Shown in pieces: positions 27,938 through 38,389 of a stretch of 64,000 nucleotides of DNA. The number at the start of each line of letters is the position of its first letter. Within the stretch, counting starts at the first letter, position 1. The stretch spans positions 58,066 to 122,065 of the forward strand of contig CAITMU010000068.1 of NCBI GenBank assembly GCA_903893565.1, given 5' to 3'. This DNA comes from an uncultured beta proteobacterium. Its GTDB lineage: Bacteria > Pseudomonadota > Gammaproteobacteria > Burkholderiales > SG8-41. The position numbers were made by a program, and so were the translations under genes. The notes below the pieces were generated by a model. That model was not told the origin of the DNA, searched no databases, and saw only the letters and a list, made by a program, of their open reading frames with translations.

Positions 27938-30061
27938 CTAACTTCTAATGCGCGTAATACGCACAACCTCAGGATATTTTCTAATTTGACGCATGACTCG
28001 GGCTAAGTGCATTCTGTTAAAAACTTGTAATGTAAATTGAATATTGGCGTATTTTTCGCCGTCCTGAGGTTCGATCACCACATTTTGAATATTCGATTCA
28101 GCCTCGGCAATACAGGTTGTGACACCGGCTAATACACCCCGTTTATTTGCCGCTGTGACAAGAATCGTCACGTCATGCAGCTTTTGTGATTCGTTATCCC
28201 ACTGTACGTCGAGCATTTTTTCGGGATCTAGATGCGATTTGGCGAGTACGGGGCAATCATAGGTGTGCACGGCCATACCCTGACCTTTGCTGATCAGGCC
28301 GATGATGCGATCGCCTGGAATGGGATGACAGCATTGGGAAAATTGTACGGCCATGCCTTCAGATCCATGAATGACGACAGCGCCCATTTTTACGGGCACT
28401 AGCGGTTCCCCAGCTAAAGGTTCACGAATGGCGAGTAATTGACGGGCTACCACAACCGCGTGACGTTTGCCCAGGCCAATATCGGATAAAAGACCATCTT
28501 TCGATTTGGCATTGATCTCGCGGAGTAGTTTTTGCCATTGCAACTGGGCTACAGTGTTTGCAGATGATTTATAGGTCAACAGCGCTTGGTTAAGAAGGCG
28601 CTCACCTAGTTGCACTGACTCAGAGAATTGCATGGTCTTAAGAAAGTGCCGGATATGTGCGCGCGCTTTGGCCGTGGTAACAAAATTTAACCACAACGGA
28701 TTGGGCTTGGCATGAGAGGCCGTAATAATTTCTACTTGATTACCATTTTTCAACATACTGCGTAGTGGCATCAATTCGTGGTTGATTTTGACTGCTACAC
28801 AGCGATTGCCCACATCAGAGTGAACCGCATAGGCGAAGTCCACAGCGGTCGCGGCTCTGGGTAGGGCCATGATTTTGCCTTTGGGAGTGAAGACATAGAC
28901 TTCATCAGGGAAAAGATCCACTTTTAGGTGCTCTAAAAATTCTGCTGAATCGGCCGACTCCGATTGCATTTCTAGAAGGCCTTGAAGCCATTGATGTGTT
29001 TTTTTCTGCAACTCGCTAATCGATTGATCCGAGCTCTTATAAAGCCAATGTGAGGCAACACCCGCTTCAGCAATTTTATGCATTTCTCGGGTTCGGATTT
29101 GCATTTCGATGGGGCTACCGAAGGGCCCGAACAGATGTGTATGCAAGGATTGGTAGCCATTGGCCTTGGGGATGGCTATGTAGTCTTTGAATTTTCCGGG
29201 GATTGGTTTATAAAGACCATGTAAGACCCCAAGGGCCACATAGCAAGAGGGTACATCTTTGACTACGATTCGAAAGCCATAAATATCCAATACTTGAGCA
29301 AAAGATAGATGCTTTTCTCGCATTTTTCGGTAGATCGAGTAAAGGTGCTTTTGACGTCCTTTAATTTGGGCCTCAACGCCGTTATCTGCGAGACGTTTTT
29401 CTAGGGCGATCAATATTTTACTGATCACTTCGCGCCGATTTCCTCGAGCCGTACTAATTGCTTTGGATAAGACTCGACACCGATCGGGATAAAGGTATTG
29501 GAAGGACACATCCTCGAGTTCTTGATATAGGTTGTTTAGCCCCAAGCGATTGGCAATGGGGGCGTAAATGTCCATGGTTTCTCGGGCGATACGATTACGC
29601 TTGTGCGGTGACACCGCATCGAGCGTTCGCATATTGTGGAGTCGATCTGCCAATTTGATCAAGATGACCCGAACATCGCGCGCCATCGCCAATAGCATTT
29701 TACGGAAATTTTCTGCTTGGGCTTTTTCTTTCGATTCAAACTCGATCTTGTCGAGTTTAGACACGCCATCAACCAGTTCAGCCACAGATTTACCAAAATT
29801 CTTTTCTATTTGCTCCTTGGTGATGGCGGTATCTTCCATCACGTCATGGAGTAAACCCGCCGTCAGGGCTTGCGAATCCAGGTGCCACTGGGCAAGGATA
29901 CTCGCCACCGCCAAGGGGTGGGAGATATAAGGTTCTCCAGAATTTCGAAATTGCCCTTCATGCGCAGCTTGGCTGAAGTGAAAGGCATTTTCAATTTGAG
30001 TGATATCCTCCGGCTTAAGGTAACCGGTACATTCTTTAATGAGTGTTTCGGCACCCAGCAT
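27938..30061 (-). CDS. spoT: Bifunctional (p)ppGpp synthetase/hydrolase
   Basis: 707 aa with an HD hydrolase domain (HPLAVASIL..HDVMEDT), a RelA/SpoT synthetase domain, and TGS and ACT regions. It follows rpoZ, as in the gmk-rpoZ-spoT arrangement. Confidence 0.9.
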   Translation of the reverse strand: MLGAETLIKECTGYLKPEDITQIENAFHFSQAAHEGQFRNSGEPYISHPLAVASILAQWHLDSQALTAGLLHDVMEDTAITKEQIEKNFGKSVAELVDGVSKLDKIEFESKEKAQAENFRKMLLAMARDVRVILIKLADRLHNMRTLDAVSPHKRNRIARETMDIYAPIANRLGLNNLYQELEDVSFQYLYPDRCRVLSKAISTARGNRREVISKILIALEKRLADNGVEAQIKGRQKHLYSIYRKMREKHLSFAQVLDIYGFRIVVKDVPSCYVALGVLHGLYKPIPGKFKDYIAIPKANGYQSLHTHLFGPFGSPIEMQIRTREMHKIAEAGVASHWLYKSSDQSISELQKKTHQWLQGLLEMQSESADSAEFLEHLKVDLFPDEVYVFTPKGKIMALPRAATAVDFAYAVHSDVGNRCVAVKINHELMPLRSMLKNGNQVEIITASHAKPNPLWLNFVTTAKARAHIRHFLKTMQFSESVQLGERLLNQALLTYKSSANTVAQLQWQKLLREINAKSKDGLLSDIGLGKRHAVVVARQLLAIREPLAGEPLVPVKMGAVVIHGSEGMAVQFSQCCHPIPGDRIIGLISKGQGMAVHTYDCPVLAKSHLDPEKMLDVQWDNESQKLHDVTILVTAANKRGVLAGVTTCIAEAESNIQNVVIEPQDGEKYANIQFTLQVFNRMHLARVMRQIRKYPEVVRITRIRS

Positions 30062-30099
30062 GAGAATAAAGAAGGATTCTTAGTACGCCGCCTAGGGGA

Positions 30100-30303
30100 T
30101 TAGGAGGTTTTATCTAAAATTTCAGCGCCATATTTACCAGCAGCCAACTCGCGCAGAGCCACCACGGTAGGTTTGTCCCGATTGGTCTCAATCATCGCCT
30201 GAGAACCGTTGGCGATCTGCCGGGCACGGAAAGTGGCTGCTAGCGCCATTTCAAAACGGTTGGGAATTCTTTTAAGGCAGTCTTCTACGGTAATTCGCGC
30301 CAT
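30100..30303 (-). CDS. rpoZ: DNA-directed RNA polymerase subunit omega
   Basis: ATG at 30303. [30 protein letters not shown] is the canonical omega N-terminus. Confidence 0.9.
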   Translation of the reverse strand: MARITVEDCLKRIPNRFEMALAATFRARQIANGSQAMIETNRDKPTVVALRELAAGKYGAEILDKTS

Positions 30304-30339
30304 GATGTCTCCAATAGTTGCTCGGGGCCGCAAGCCTAT

Positions 30340-30951
30340 CTAGTGCAGTAGTTGGTTAATGAGCTGTTGATGGCACTCGATTTGGCGAGCGCATTTAAGC
30401 CGTTGACTTATCACAATAGCGGCCAATTCATGGGCCGCACGACTAAAGTCTTGGTTGATAATAACATAATCAAACTCGTAAAGATGGCTTATCTCGTCAC
30501 GGGCGTTTTTTAGTCGTTGTGCAATGACGGCCGGCGAGTCGGTGGCACGGTTTTCCAATCGAGATGAAAGGGCCTCGTAGGAAGGGGGGACGATAAAAAT
30601 GCTGATTGCTTCGGCGCTCGCGTGGCGCACCGCCAGAGCACCCTGCCAATCGATCTCTAAAACGATATCCTTGCCAGCCGCGCGCCGCTCATTGATCCAT
30701 TCCCGGGATGTTGCGTAGTAGTTGCCATGAACGAGGGCGCTTTCCACAAAATCCCCAGCCAGGCGGCGTTGTTCAAAATCTGCGAGGCTGACAAAGTGGT
30801 ATTCGCGTCCATTCATCTCCCCAGGGCGAGGTGCGCGGGTAGTATAAGAGACGGATTTTTGTATGTTGGGATCGGATTGTAGTAATTGTCGCACGAGGCT
30901 AGTTTTGCCAGCCCCAGAGGGCGCACTGATTATGAAGAGATTGCCAGCCAT
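30340..30951 (-). CDS. gmk: Guanylate kinase
   Basis: P-loop SAPSGAGKTSLV, then SYTTRAPRPGE.NG.EYHFV. Confidence 0.9.
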   Translation of the reverse strand: MAGNLFIISAPSGAGKTSLVRQLLQSDPNIQKSVSYTTRAPRPGEMNGREYHFVSLADFEQRRLAGDFVESALVHGNYYATSREWINERRAAGKDIVLEIDWQGALAVRHASAEAISIFIVPPSYEALSSRLENRATDSPAVIAQRLKNARDEISHLYEFDYVIINQDFSRAAHELAAIVISQRLKCARQIECHQQLINQLLH

Positions 30952-31176
30952 GGGAATGTGATCTCGTTTAATGTCGGGTTGAATCGATAGCGAGTAGAAA
31001 AATATGCCTGTGCCAATTTCTTAAGCCCTCACAAGAGCCCTCAAAACCAGGCGGGCTGGTTTGTTTAGTCTGGAAGGGGGCTCATTGAATGAGTCTCTTA
31101 GAGGGGGTTATGCAGAAAACCACTCAATGAATACTTCATAAATTCCATCGTAAAGACAGTTGAGGATGAGGCAATC

Positions 31177-32031
31177 CTACTCGATATTTTGAATTTGTTC
31201 ACGCATCTGCTCGATGAACAGTTTTAAATCCATCGATACTTGGGTAATTTCAATATCAGCCGCCTTTGCACCAAGGGTGTTCGCTTCACGATTTAATTCT
31301 TGCATTAAAAAATCAAGTCTTTTACCTGCCATCCCTCCTTTATTTAAAATTCGGCGTAATTCGGAGAGATGGGTTTTAAGACGGGTTAATTCTTCATCAA
31401 TATCAATTTTGCCTGCATACAAGGCGACTTCCTGGCGAATGCGTTCATCGTCCATGTTGGCCAAGGCTTCTTTTAAGCGCAAGGCGAGTTTTTCCTGAAA
31501 TGTGGCTATGGCTTGGGGTATTCGAGGCGCAACGCGTTGAATGCAATTTTCAATGCTTTGAGCGTGAACGAGGATGGCTTCTTTGAGTTTATTACCCTCG
31601 CGAGCACGAGCGGCAATGAAATCATCGAGTGCAATGCCGAGTAATTGTAAACATTGTGTTCGTAGAGCATCGGCTTCCACTGGGGGTGTATTTAAAACTC
31701 TTGGCCAATTTAAAATGTCAGCAACGCTCAAAGGAGGGGCGAGCGGAAAAGATTGTAAAACCCCTTGGTTAAGGGCACTTAACTCTTGCAACGCGGTGTG
31801 ATTGAGTTCGGGTGGGTGGGTGGTTTGTACATTGCTAGAAAGAGTAATACGGCATTCGACTTTACCCCGAGTCAAACGACTAGCCATGAGGTCACGCAAA
31901 ACCGGTTCTAAACTACGAAACTCCTCGGGTAACCGTAATTGAATATCCAGATAGCGATTATTCACCGCGCGCAACTCAACGGTGAGGGTGGCATGGGATA
32001 ATTCTTCATTCACAACGGCAAAACCGGTCAT
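31177..32031 (-). CDS. yicC: YicC-family stress-induced protein
   Basis: ATG at 32031 (MTGFA...). The C-terminal LDFLMQELNREANTLGAKA motif is present, and the gene is divergent from rph as in many proteobacteria. Confidence 0.8.
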   Translation of the reverse strand: MTGFAVVNEELSHATLTVELRAVNNRYLDIQLRLPEEFRSLEPVLRDLMASRLTRGKVECRITLSSNVQTTHPPELNHTALQELSALNQGVLQSFPLAPPLSVADILNWPRVLNTPPVEADALRTQCLQLLGIALDDFIAARAREGNKLKEAILVHAQSIENCIQRVAPRIPQAIATFQEKLALRLKEALANMDDERIRQEVALYAGKIDIDEELTRLKTHLSELRRILNKGGMAGKRLDFLMQELNREANTLGAKAADIEITQVSMDLKLFIEQMREQIQNIE

Positions 32032-32104
32032 GCTGTAAATCGAAGCGGGGTTGCTCACGTATAATCCCTTATTGTCAAAATCATACCGAAAACAGGAAGA
32101 TAAC

Positions 32105-32824
32105 ATGAGTGCACGACCTAGCGGAAGAAAACCAGATGAGTTGCGTGATATTCGTATCACTCGTAGCTATACCTGTCATGCTGAGGGATCGGTGCTGATT
32201 GAAAGTGGTCGCACCAAAGTGCTTTGCACGGCCAGCGTGATGGAAAAACAACCCCCTCATCTCAGAGGCACGAGCAAGGGTTGGGTGACGGCCGAATACG
32301 GTATGCTGCCTCGTTCAACTCATACTCGAATGGACCGAGAGGCCGCTAAGGGAAAGCAATCGGGTAGGACCCAAGAAATTCAGCGGCTGATAGGCCGATC
32401 ATTGCGAGCGGTGGTGGATTTGGAGGTTTTAGGGCCTCGTTCGATTCATATCGATTGCGATGTATTGCAGGCAGATGGCGGCACTCGCACGGCCAGCATT
32501 ACGGGCGCTTTTGTGGCACTTAAAGATGCTGTCGATAGTTTGATGGCAAAAAAATTGGTTAGCACCCACCCCATCAAAGAGCATGTGGCGGCCGTTTCTG
32601 TAGGGATGTATTTAGGCCAACCCGTACTGGATTTGGATTATGATGAGGATTCTAGTTGCGACACCGACATGAATGTGGTGATGACGGGCAGTGGCGGCAT
32701 CATTGAGATTCAGGGCACGGCTGAGGGCGTGCCATTTTCCCGGCTACAAATGGACCAGATGATTGAGTTGGCCCATAAGGGCATTAACGCTTTGATTGAG
32801 AAGCAACGCCTTTGTTTGGCATAG
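32105..32824 (+). CDS. rph: Ribonuclease PH
   Basis: ATG at 32105. [23 protein letters not shown] and [16 protein letters not shown] motifs. Confidence 0.9.
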   Translation: MSARPSGRKPDELRDIRITRSYTCHAEGSVLIESGRTKVLCTASVMEKQPPHLRGTSKGWVTAEYGMLPRSTHTRMDREAAKGKQSGRTQEIQRLIGRSLRAVVDLEVLGPRSIHIDCDVLQADGGTRTASITGAFVALKDAVDSLMAKKLVSTHPIKEHVAAVSVGMYLGQPVLDLDYDEDSSCDTDMNVVMTGSGGIIEIQGTAEGVPFSRLQMDQMIELAHKGINALIEKQRLCLA

Positions 32825-32855
32825 GCTTAAGTCCTATAACAAGGAGCGCAGATTG

Positions 32856-33479
32856 ATGGTCGAAAGACTGGTTTTGGCTTCTGGCAATAAGGGTAAACTC
32901 AAAGAATTTCACCAGCTTTGTGCTCCGTTGGGTTTGCATATCGTAGCGCAGTCAGAATTGGGTATTTCTGAGGCAGACGAGCCTTATGAGACGTTTGTAG
33001 AAAATGCGCTGGCTAAAGCCCGTCACGCGAGTCTTGCCGCAGGTTTACCCGCTTTGGCAGATGACTCGGGAATTTGTGTTCGTGCTTTGGGAGGGGCGCC
33101 CGGCGTACGCTCAGCTCGTTTTGCTGAGGCAGCCCCCACCCGACAAGCCCAGGATGAGAAAAATAATCAACATTTATTGCAATTGCTGGCTTCCAGTGCG
33201 GATCGAAGCGCGTATTACACTTGTGTGATTGTGCTCGTTCGTCACCCTAAAGACCCTCAACCGTTGATTGCTCAAGGTCATTGGGAAGGGGTGATTACGG
33301 ATCAACCGAGGGGAGAGGGTGGGTTTGGTTATGATCCTTATTTTTATTTGCCCACCTTAAAGCGCACTGCAGCAGAGATTTCAGAGCATGAAAAAAATCA
33401 ATTGAGTCATCGTGGTCAAGCCATGATGCAGTTGGTGGAACAAATGCGTGGACAAGGTCTGATAGGGGCTGATCGATGA
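32856..33479 (+). CDS. rdgB: dITP/XTP pyrophosphatase (RdgB/HAM1 family)
   Basis: ATG at 32856 with AAGGAG upstream. LVLASGNKGKLKEF, DDSGICV and GFGYDPYF motifs. Confidence 0.85.
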   Translation: MVERLVLASGNKGKLKEFHQLCAPLGLHIVAQSELGISEADEPYETFVENALAKARHASLAAGLPALADDSGICVRALGGAPGVRSARFAEAAPTRQAQDEKNNQHLLQLLASSADRSAYYTCVIVLVRHPKDPQPLIAQGHWEGVITDQPRGEGGFGYDPYFYLPTLKRTAAEISEHEKNQLSHRGQAMMQLVEQMRGQGLIGADR

Positions 33480-34675
33480 ACGGACAGCCTATTCACTGGA
33501 CAGGGGAAAAATTTTCCATTCAATTTAAGGCGTTACCGCCATTAGGGTTATACATTCACATTCCCTGGTGCGTAAAAAAATGTCCCTATTGTGATTTTAA
33601 TTCTCATGAAGTGCGTGGCCCGTTGTCAGAAAAAGCTTATGTAGAAGCGCTGCTAGCTGATTTTGAGCAAGCCTTGCCTAAGATTTGGGGGCGACGAATC
33701 AGCAGTATATTTTTTGGAGGGGGGACGCCGAGTCTTTTTTCAGCAGAATCCATTGATGATATTTTATGCGGTGTGAGAGCTCGATTGCCTGTCAATCCGG
33801 GCGCCGAGGTGAGTCTAGAGGCTAACCCTGGAACCTTAGAAAAGGGGCGTTTTAAGGCCTACCGCGATGCTGGAGTGAATCGATTGTCTTTGGGGATACA
33901 AAGTTTTAATCCTAAATTTTTAAAGCAATTGGGTCGAATTCATGACGGAGAGGAAGCCCGCAAAGCGGTATTGGCGGCGGCTTCTTGTTTTGACAATTTC
34001 AATCTTGATTTAATGTATGGATTACCAGGACAAACACCCGAAGAGGCCATAGAGGATTTTAAAGTTGCGTTGTCATTTGAGCCAAAGCACCTTTCGGCTT
34101 ATCATTTGACCATTGAGCCCAATACGTATTTTCATCGGTTTCCACCCGCACTGCCGGATGAAGATGTGGCCGAACAGATGCAAACAGAGATTGAATTATT
34201 AGCGCAGTCCTGTGGCTATGACAATTATGAAACCTCGGCGTTTGCAAAACCTGATTCCCGCTGTCAGCATAATATGAATTATTGGACGTTTGGCGACTAT
34301 GTGGGCATCGGTGCTGGAGCGCATGGCAAAATTTCTTATCCAGACTCTATTGAGCGAGAAACCCGCTATCGCCAACCCAAACAGTATATCGAAAAGGCGC
34401 TGGGGGGTGGTGCTTTGGAGCAATCACAGTCTATCAGCGCAAGAGAGGTAGGCTTTGAGTTTATGATGAATGCTTTACGCTTACAGGGCGGATTTGATGT
34501 GGCTCTTTTTGCAGATAGAACGGGTCTATCGATCGCTAATCTTAGACAGCCACTGGCATTAGCGGAGGCAAGAGGATTTATCCTCAGAGATCATCTACGG
34601 GTGACGCCCACGCATTTGGGACGACGATTTTTAAATGACTTACTGCAAATATTTTTACCCGAAAAGAAGTCCTAA
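33476..34675 (+). CDS. hemW: Radical SAM heme chaperone HemW (HemN-like)
   Basis: CPYCDFNS radical-SAM cluster motif and GGGTPS. An ATGA overlap links it to rdgB. Confidence 0.85.
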   Translation: MNGQPIHWTGEKFSIQFKALPPLGLYIHIPWCVKKCPYCDFNSHEVRGPLSEKAYVEALLADFEQALPKIWGRRISSIFFGGGTPSLFSAESIDDILCGVRARLPVNPGAEVSLEANPGTLEKGRFKAYRDAGVNRLSLGIQSFNPKFLKQLGRIHDGEEARKAVLAAASCFDNFNLDLMYGLPGQTPEEAIEDFKVALSFEPKHLSAYHLTIEPNTYFHRFPPALPDEDVAEQMQTEIELLAQSCGYDNYETSAFAKPDSRCQHNMNYWTFGDYVGIGAGAHGKISYPDSIERETRYRQPKQYIEKALGGGALEQSQSISAREVGFEFMMNALRLQGGFDVALFADRTGLSIANLRQPLALAEARGFILRDHLRVTPTHLGRRFLNDLLQIFLPEKKS

Positions 34676-34676
34676 T

Positions 34677-34723
34677 AAAACGCCCCTCGTTGAATAATAA
34701 ACGGTTGTGTTGTTGGGCGTTTT
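34677..34723. terminator. Long-loop hairpin between convergent hemW and trmB
   Basis: aaaacgccc (34677-34685) pairs with gggcgtttt (34715-34723). A/T runs on both sides allow a bidirectional terminator, but the loop is 29 nt. Confidence 0.3.
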
Positions 34724-35413
34724 TTACGTCAAAATTTCTTGCGTGCGTTCGAACATTAAATCCCAGACGCCGTGGCCTAATTTAATGCCTCTTTGCTCGA
34801 ATTTGGTGAGGGGGCGAAAGGCTGGCCTTGGCGCAAAATCCTTCGCTGTATTTTTTAAAGCCGTTTCACCCTGCAATACCTCTAACATTTGCTCGGCATA
34901 GGCATGCCAGTCGGTCGCGCAATGAAGGTAGCCTCTGGGTTTTAATTTTTGTGTTATTAAATGAACAAAAGGAGGCTGTAAAAGACGTCGTTTATGGTGT
35001 TTCTTTTTGGGCCAAGGGTCAGGGAAATAGATATGAATCCCATCTAGACTGCAAGGGCCAATCATATGGTGGAGCACTTCCAAGGCGTCGTGTTGAATGA
35101 TGCGAACATTACCTAAATGATTTTGTTCAATCAGTTTGAGTAATCCACCAACGCCCGGGGTATGAACTTCGACGCCCAGATAGTCTATCTCGGGGTGTTG
35201 GAGGGCGATGGCGGTTGTGGTCTCTCCCATCCCAAATCCGATTTCAAGAATCTTAGGGGCTGGGCGCCCAAAAATTGTATTTAAGTCGATCCGTGTGGGT
35301 GTAAATTCAATACCGTATTGAGGTAATAGTGTTTCGAAAGCTCTGCGCTGCGCATTAGAAAAACGACCTTGGCGAAGCACAAAGCTGCGGATGTGAGTGT
35401 TGGTTTCTGACAT
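34724..35413 (-). CDS. trmB: tRNA (guanine46-N7)-methyltransferase
   Basis: ATG at 35413. [17 protein letters not shown] and [16 protein letters not shown] motifs. Confidence 0.85.
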   Translation of the reverse strand: MSETNTHIRSFVLRQGRFSNAQRRAFETLLPQYGIEFTPTRIDLNTIFGRPAPKILEIGFGMGETTTAIALQHPEIDYLGVEVHTPGVGGLLKLIEQNHLGNVRIIQHDALEVLHHMIGPCSLDGIHIYFPDPWPKKKHHKRRLLQPPFVHLITQKLKPRGYLHCATDWHAYAEQMLEVLQGETALKNTAKDFAPRPAFRPLTKFEQRGIKLGHGVWDLMFERTQEILT

Positions 35414-35555
35414 GAATGCCAAGGGGTGTTAAAAGCTGAAAGTAGAAAAACGGAGTTTGGGATTCATCGCGGTGAGTCGCTACCATCGCACGCTTTAGAG
35501 TCTAAACAAGGTTAAGGTTTTTTTCAGTCGATGGGGGATCAATGTGAAGAGGCGT

Positions 35556-36359
35556 TCACGTTTTGCCGATTAACCCTGTGGTTGGGGAGCTCGGTTGTGC
35601 GGAATATAGCTTTTTAGGCATGCGTCCAGCCAACCAAGCTTGACGTCCGGCCTGTACGGCATGATTCATCGCACTAGCCATTAATATGGGATCGCGCGCA
35701 GCAGCAATGGCCGTATTCATGAGTACCGCATCACAACCTAATTCCATGGCGATTGCGGCATCTGAGGCCGTACCGACTCCGGCATCAACGATGACAGGTA
35801 CTTTGGCATTTTCGATGATGATTTTAAGATTCCAAGGATTGAGTATTCCCATACCAGAGCCAATCAGTGAGGCTAAGGGCATGATAGCCAAACAGCCGAT
35901 CTCTTCTAGTTGTTTAGCAATAATAGGATCATCCGACGTGTAGACCATTACCTTGAAACCTTCTTTGACCAACGTTTTTGCTGCGCTGATGGTTTCGATA
36001 ATATTCGGAAAAAGGGTATGGGGGTCGCCCAAGACTTCCAGTTTTACAAGATCGTGGCCATCGAGTAACTCTCTGCCTAGGCGCAGTGTGCGCACAGCAT
36101 CCTCTGCGGTATAGCAGCCTGCCGTATTCGGTAACAATGTGTATTTTGAAGGGGGTAACGCATCCAATAAATTGGGCTCGTTTGGATTTTGTCCAATATT
36201 GGTGCGTCGAATGGCAACAGTGACAATTTGTGCTCCGCTAGCTTCAACGGCGGCTTGGGTCTGGTCAAAGTCTTTATATTTTCCTGTACCAACGAGTAAA
36301 CGAGAATGAAAAACGCGCGCACCTATCTGAAAGGAATCCGCTTGATCGAGGGGTGACAT
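35556..36359 (-). CDS. thiG: Thiazole synthase
   Basis: [28 protein letters not shown] and AVLMNTAIA motifs. Confidence 0.9.
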   Translation of the reverse strand: MSPLDQADSFQIGARVFHSRLLVGTGKYKDFDQTQAAVEASGAQIVTVAIRRTNIGQNPNEPNLLDALPPSKYTLLPNTAGCYTAEDAVRTLRLGRELLDGHDLVKLEVLGDPHTLFPNIIETISAAKTLVKEGFKVMVYTSDDPIIAKQLEEIGCLAIMPLASLIGSGMGILNPWNLKIIIENAKVPVIVDAGVGTASDAAIAMELGCDAVLMNTAIAAARDPILMASAMNHAVQAGRQAWLAGRMPKKLYSAQPSSPTTGLIGKT

Positions 36360-36435
36360 CTTCTAATTGCTCCTAGCTAGGTCAATAAATAAGGCAGGGT
36401 GATGCAAAGGGAGGCCGCCAAAAGGTGCCCGCTAC

Positions 36436-36639
36436 TCATCCGCCTCCGACGGCAACCACAATTTCAATTCTATCGCCTTCATTCAAAGTCTGTTGATCAA
36501 AGGAGCTTCGTGTGACGATGCTCCCATTGCATTCGATGGCAATGCGTTTGCCTGTGAGCTCTAATTGTTTAATGAGCGCTGTGCAGGTGAGCGGACCGTC
36601 CAATTGACGGTTTTCGCCATTGATGAAAATTGAAATCAC
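36436..36639 (-). CDS. thiS: Sulfur carrier protein ThiS
   Basis: 67 aa ending in GG, ubiquitin-like, immediately upstream of thiG. Confidence 0.8.
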   Translation of the reverse strand: MISIFINGENRQLDGPLTCTALIKQLELTGKRIAIECNGSIVTRSSFDQQTLNEGDRIEIVVAVGGG

Positions 36640-36955
36640 GTGGAATTAGGCAAGGTTAGGGGGTTAAGTGGGAACGCTGACGAATATAAAAAAACCTGTA
36701 TTTTCTGTTGGACACATTTTAACGGTAATGACTGCCAGTAGGGAAATACGTTGGGGATGATGCGATATCGGTTTTTGTGACATGGGATGCTAGTCGTTTT
36801 TAGGAGAAAAGCGAGATGAGTAAAATACTTTCTAAGTGAGCGCTTGCTTTTCTAATTTTATCCTCAGAATAAGTTGCTTTTTTGAAGATTAAAAAATGAA
36901 GGATCCTTCTTTTTTCACCAGTTTTAAGTTTAAGTGAAGTAAAATGAGTTCTCTT

Positions 36956-37029
36956 GCGGGTGTAGTTCAATGGTAGAACGGCAGCTTCCCAAGCTTCATA
37001 CGAGGGTTCGATTCCCTTCACCCGCTCCA
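36956..37029 (+). tRNA. tRNA-Gly (anticodon CCC), CCA encoded
   Basis: GCGGGTGTAGTTCAATGGTAGAACGGCAGCTTCCCAAGCTTCATACGAGGGTTCGATTCCCTTCACCCGCTCCA folds as a cloverleaf with the T-loop GGTTCGATTCC and the anticodon loop TTCCCAA. It closely resembles E. coli glyU as I recall it. Confidence 0.9.
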
Positions 37030-37207
37030 AAAAAGTACAGCCCATTTGGGACATTAAAGTCATTAAGTGACCTCATTAATGGGTAATACGAGATATCAGA
37101 TCGCTCGCTTCCTTTTTGGGTATTTTTCTTGAGTCGCCTAATTTAAGCATCAGCGGGTGCTGAGGGCTAGATAAGGGTTGAGCGTTTAGGTCAACAACTA
37201 AACCCGT

Positions 37208-38260
37208 TTGCAGGCATTGGAAACCGTGACATCCTCTTTTACGAGACGACTCATTCATTGGCAAAAAACCCAGGGTCGGCATGATTTGCCATGGCAGAAT
37301 ACGAAAGAGGCATACCGTATTTGGTTGTCTGAAATTATGCTGCAACAGACCCAAGTGCAAACGGTCAAAGGCTACTACGAACGATTTCTCAAGCGATTTC
37401 CCAACCTTCAAATTCTGGCCGAAGCCACAGAAGATGAGGTTTTAGCTTTGTGGAGTGGTTTGGGTTATTACTCTCGAGCCCGGCACCTGCATCAGGCCGC
37501 GCGATGGGTCGTAGCCAAGCATCAGGGAAAGTTTCCAGAAAGCCGCTTAATGCTAGAGACATTGCCTGGCATTGGTCGATCGACCGCTGCGGCCATTTGT
37601 GTATTCGCTTTTGATGCCAAAGAGGCGATTTTGGATGGCAATGTGAAGCGAGTGCTTGCCCGTCATGGTGGCGTTAGGGGGTATCCAGGGCACCCCAATC
37701 CCCAAAAGGCGCTATGGGCTCTAGCGGAAAAACGCTTGCCCAAAAAAGATCTGATCGCCTATACACAAGGCTTGATGGATTTGGGAGCAAGCCTTTGTTC
37801 ACGAAGTCGCCCACAGTGTGACAATTGCCCAGTTAGCCAGGATTGCGTCGCATTTAAAGAAGGATTGACGCAAGAATTACCCGAGCGCAAGACACCTAAA
37901 GCTTTGCCCCAGAAAACAAAAATTTGCCTGATCGTGCTGAGTCCAGCCGGGGTATTGTTGGAAAAACGTCCCTCTCAAGGTATTTGGGGGGGGTTATGGT
38001 CCTTACCTGAATATGAAGACACAGTAGACATAGAGCTCATTTGCCGGCAGCAATTTGGTATAACTAACGTCCCTGTCAAGGCATTAAAGTCGATCGAGCA
38101 CGGTTTTACGCATTATAAATTGACCCTACTGCCAATAAAGGTTCGGCTACGGAAAGTAGCGCTAGTCAATGACCCCGCCCGATGGCTCAAACTCAGTGCA
38201 GTGGCAGAGGCCCCATTGCCGGCCCCGATCAAAAAATTGTTATTAACCCTAAACCCGTAA
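37208..38260 (+). CDS. mutY: A/G-specific adenine DNA glycosylase
   Basis: HhH-GPD motifs (LPGIGRSTAAAI), the 4Fe-4S cluster loop C..RSRPQCDNCPVSQDC and a C-terminal NUDIX-like domain. Confidence 0.85.
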   Translation: MQALETVTSSFTRRLIHWQKTQGRHDLPWQNTKEAYRIWLSEIMLQQTQVQTVKGYYERFLKRFPNLQILAEATEDEVLALWSGLGYYSRARHLHQAARWVVAKHQGKFPESRLMLETLPGIGRSTAAAICVFAFDAKEAILDGNVKRVLARHGGVRGYPGHPNPQKALWALAEKRLPKKDLIAYTQGLMDLGASLCSRSRPQCDNCPVSQDCVAFKEGLTQELPERKTPKALPQKTKICLIVLSPAGVLLEKRPSQGIWGGLWSLPEYEDTVDIELICRQQFGITNVPVKALKSIEHGFTHYKLTLLPIKVRLRKVALVNDPARWLKLSAVAEAPLPAPIKKLLLTLNP

Positions 38261-38389
38261 TCTATCTGCGGGAGACCCCATGCTGGGGAGAAAAACAATA
38301 AATCAGTCGTTTGACCTAGGATAATAAATACCATGGTAGTGGTGAATGAAATTGGCCGTTGCCATCAAAGTATCTGCTATACTTTTGGC

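Noticed and set aside
36640-36800. Possible TPP riboswitch upstream of thiS-thiG
   Set aside because: I read the region on the thiS strand and found no CTGAGA or ACCTGATCTGGATAATGCCAGCG-like THI-box core. This was a by-eye check only.
37030-37207. Genomic-island insertion at the tRNA-Gly 3' end
   Set aside because: No integrase gene and no direct repeat of the tRNA 3' end are present, and mutY follows immediately.
36800-37411. Minus-strand ORFs of 87 aa and 111 aa around the tRNA-Gly gene and the mutY start
   Set aside because: One overlaps the tRNA gene itself and the other overlaps the mutY 5' end. Neither has recognisable motifs.
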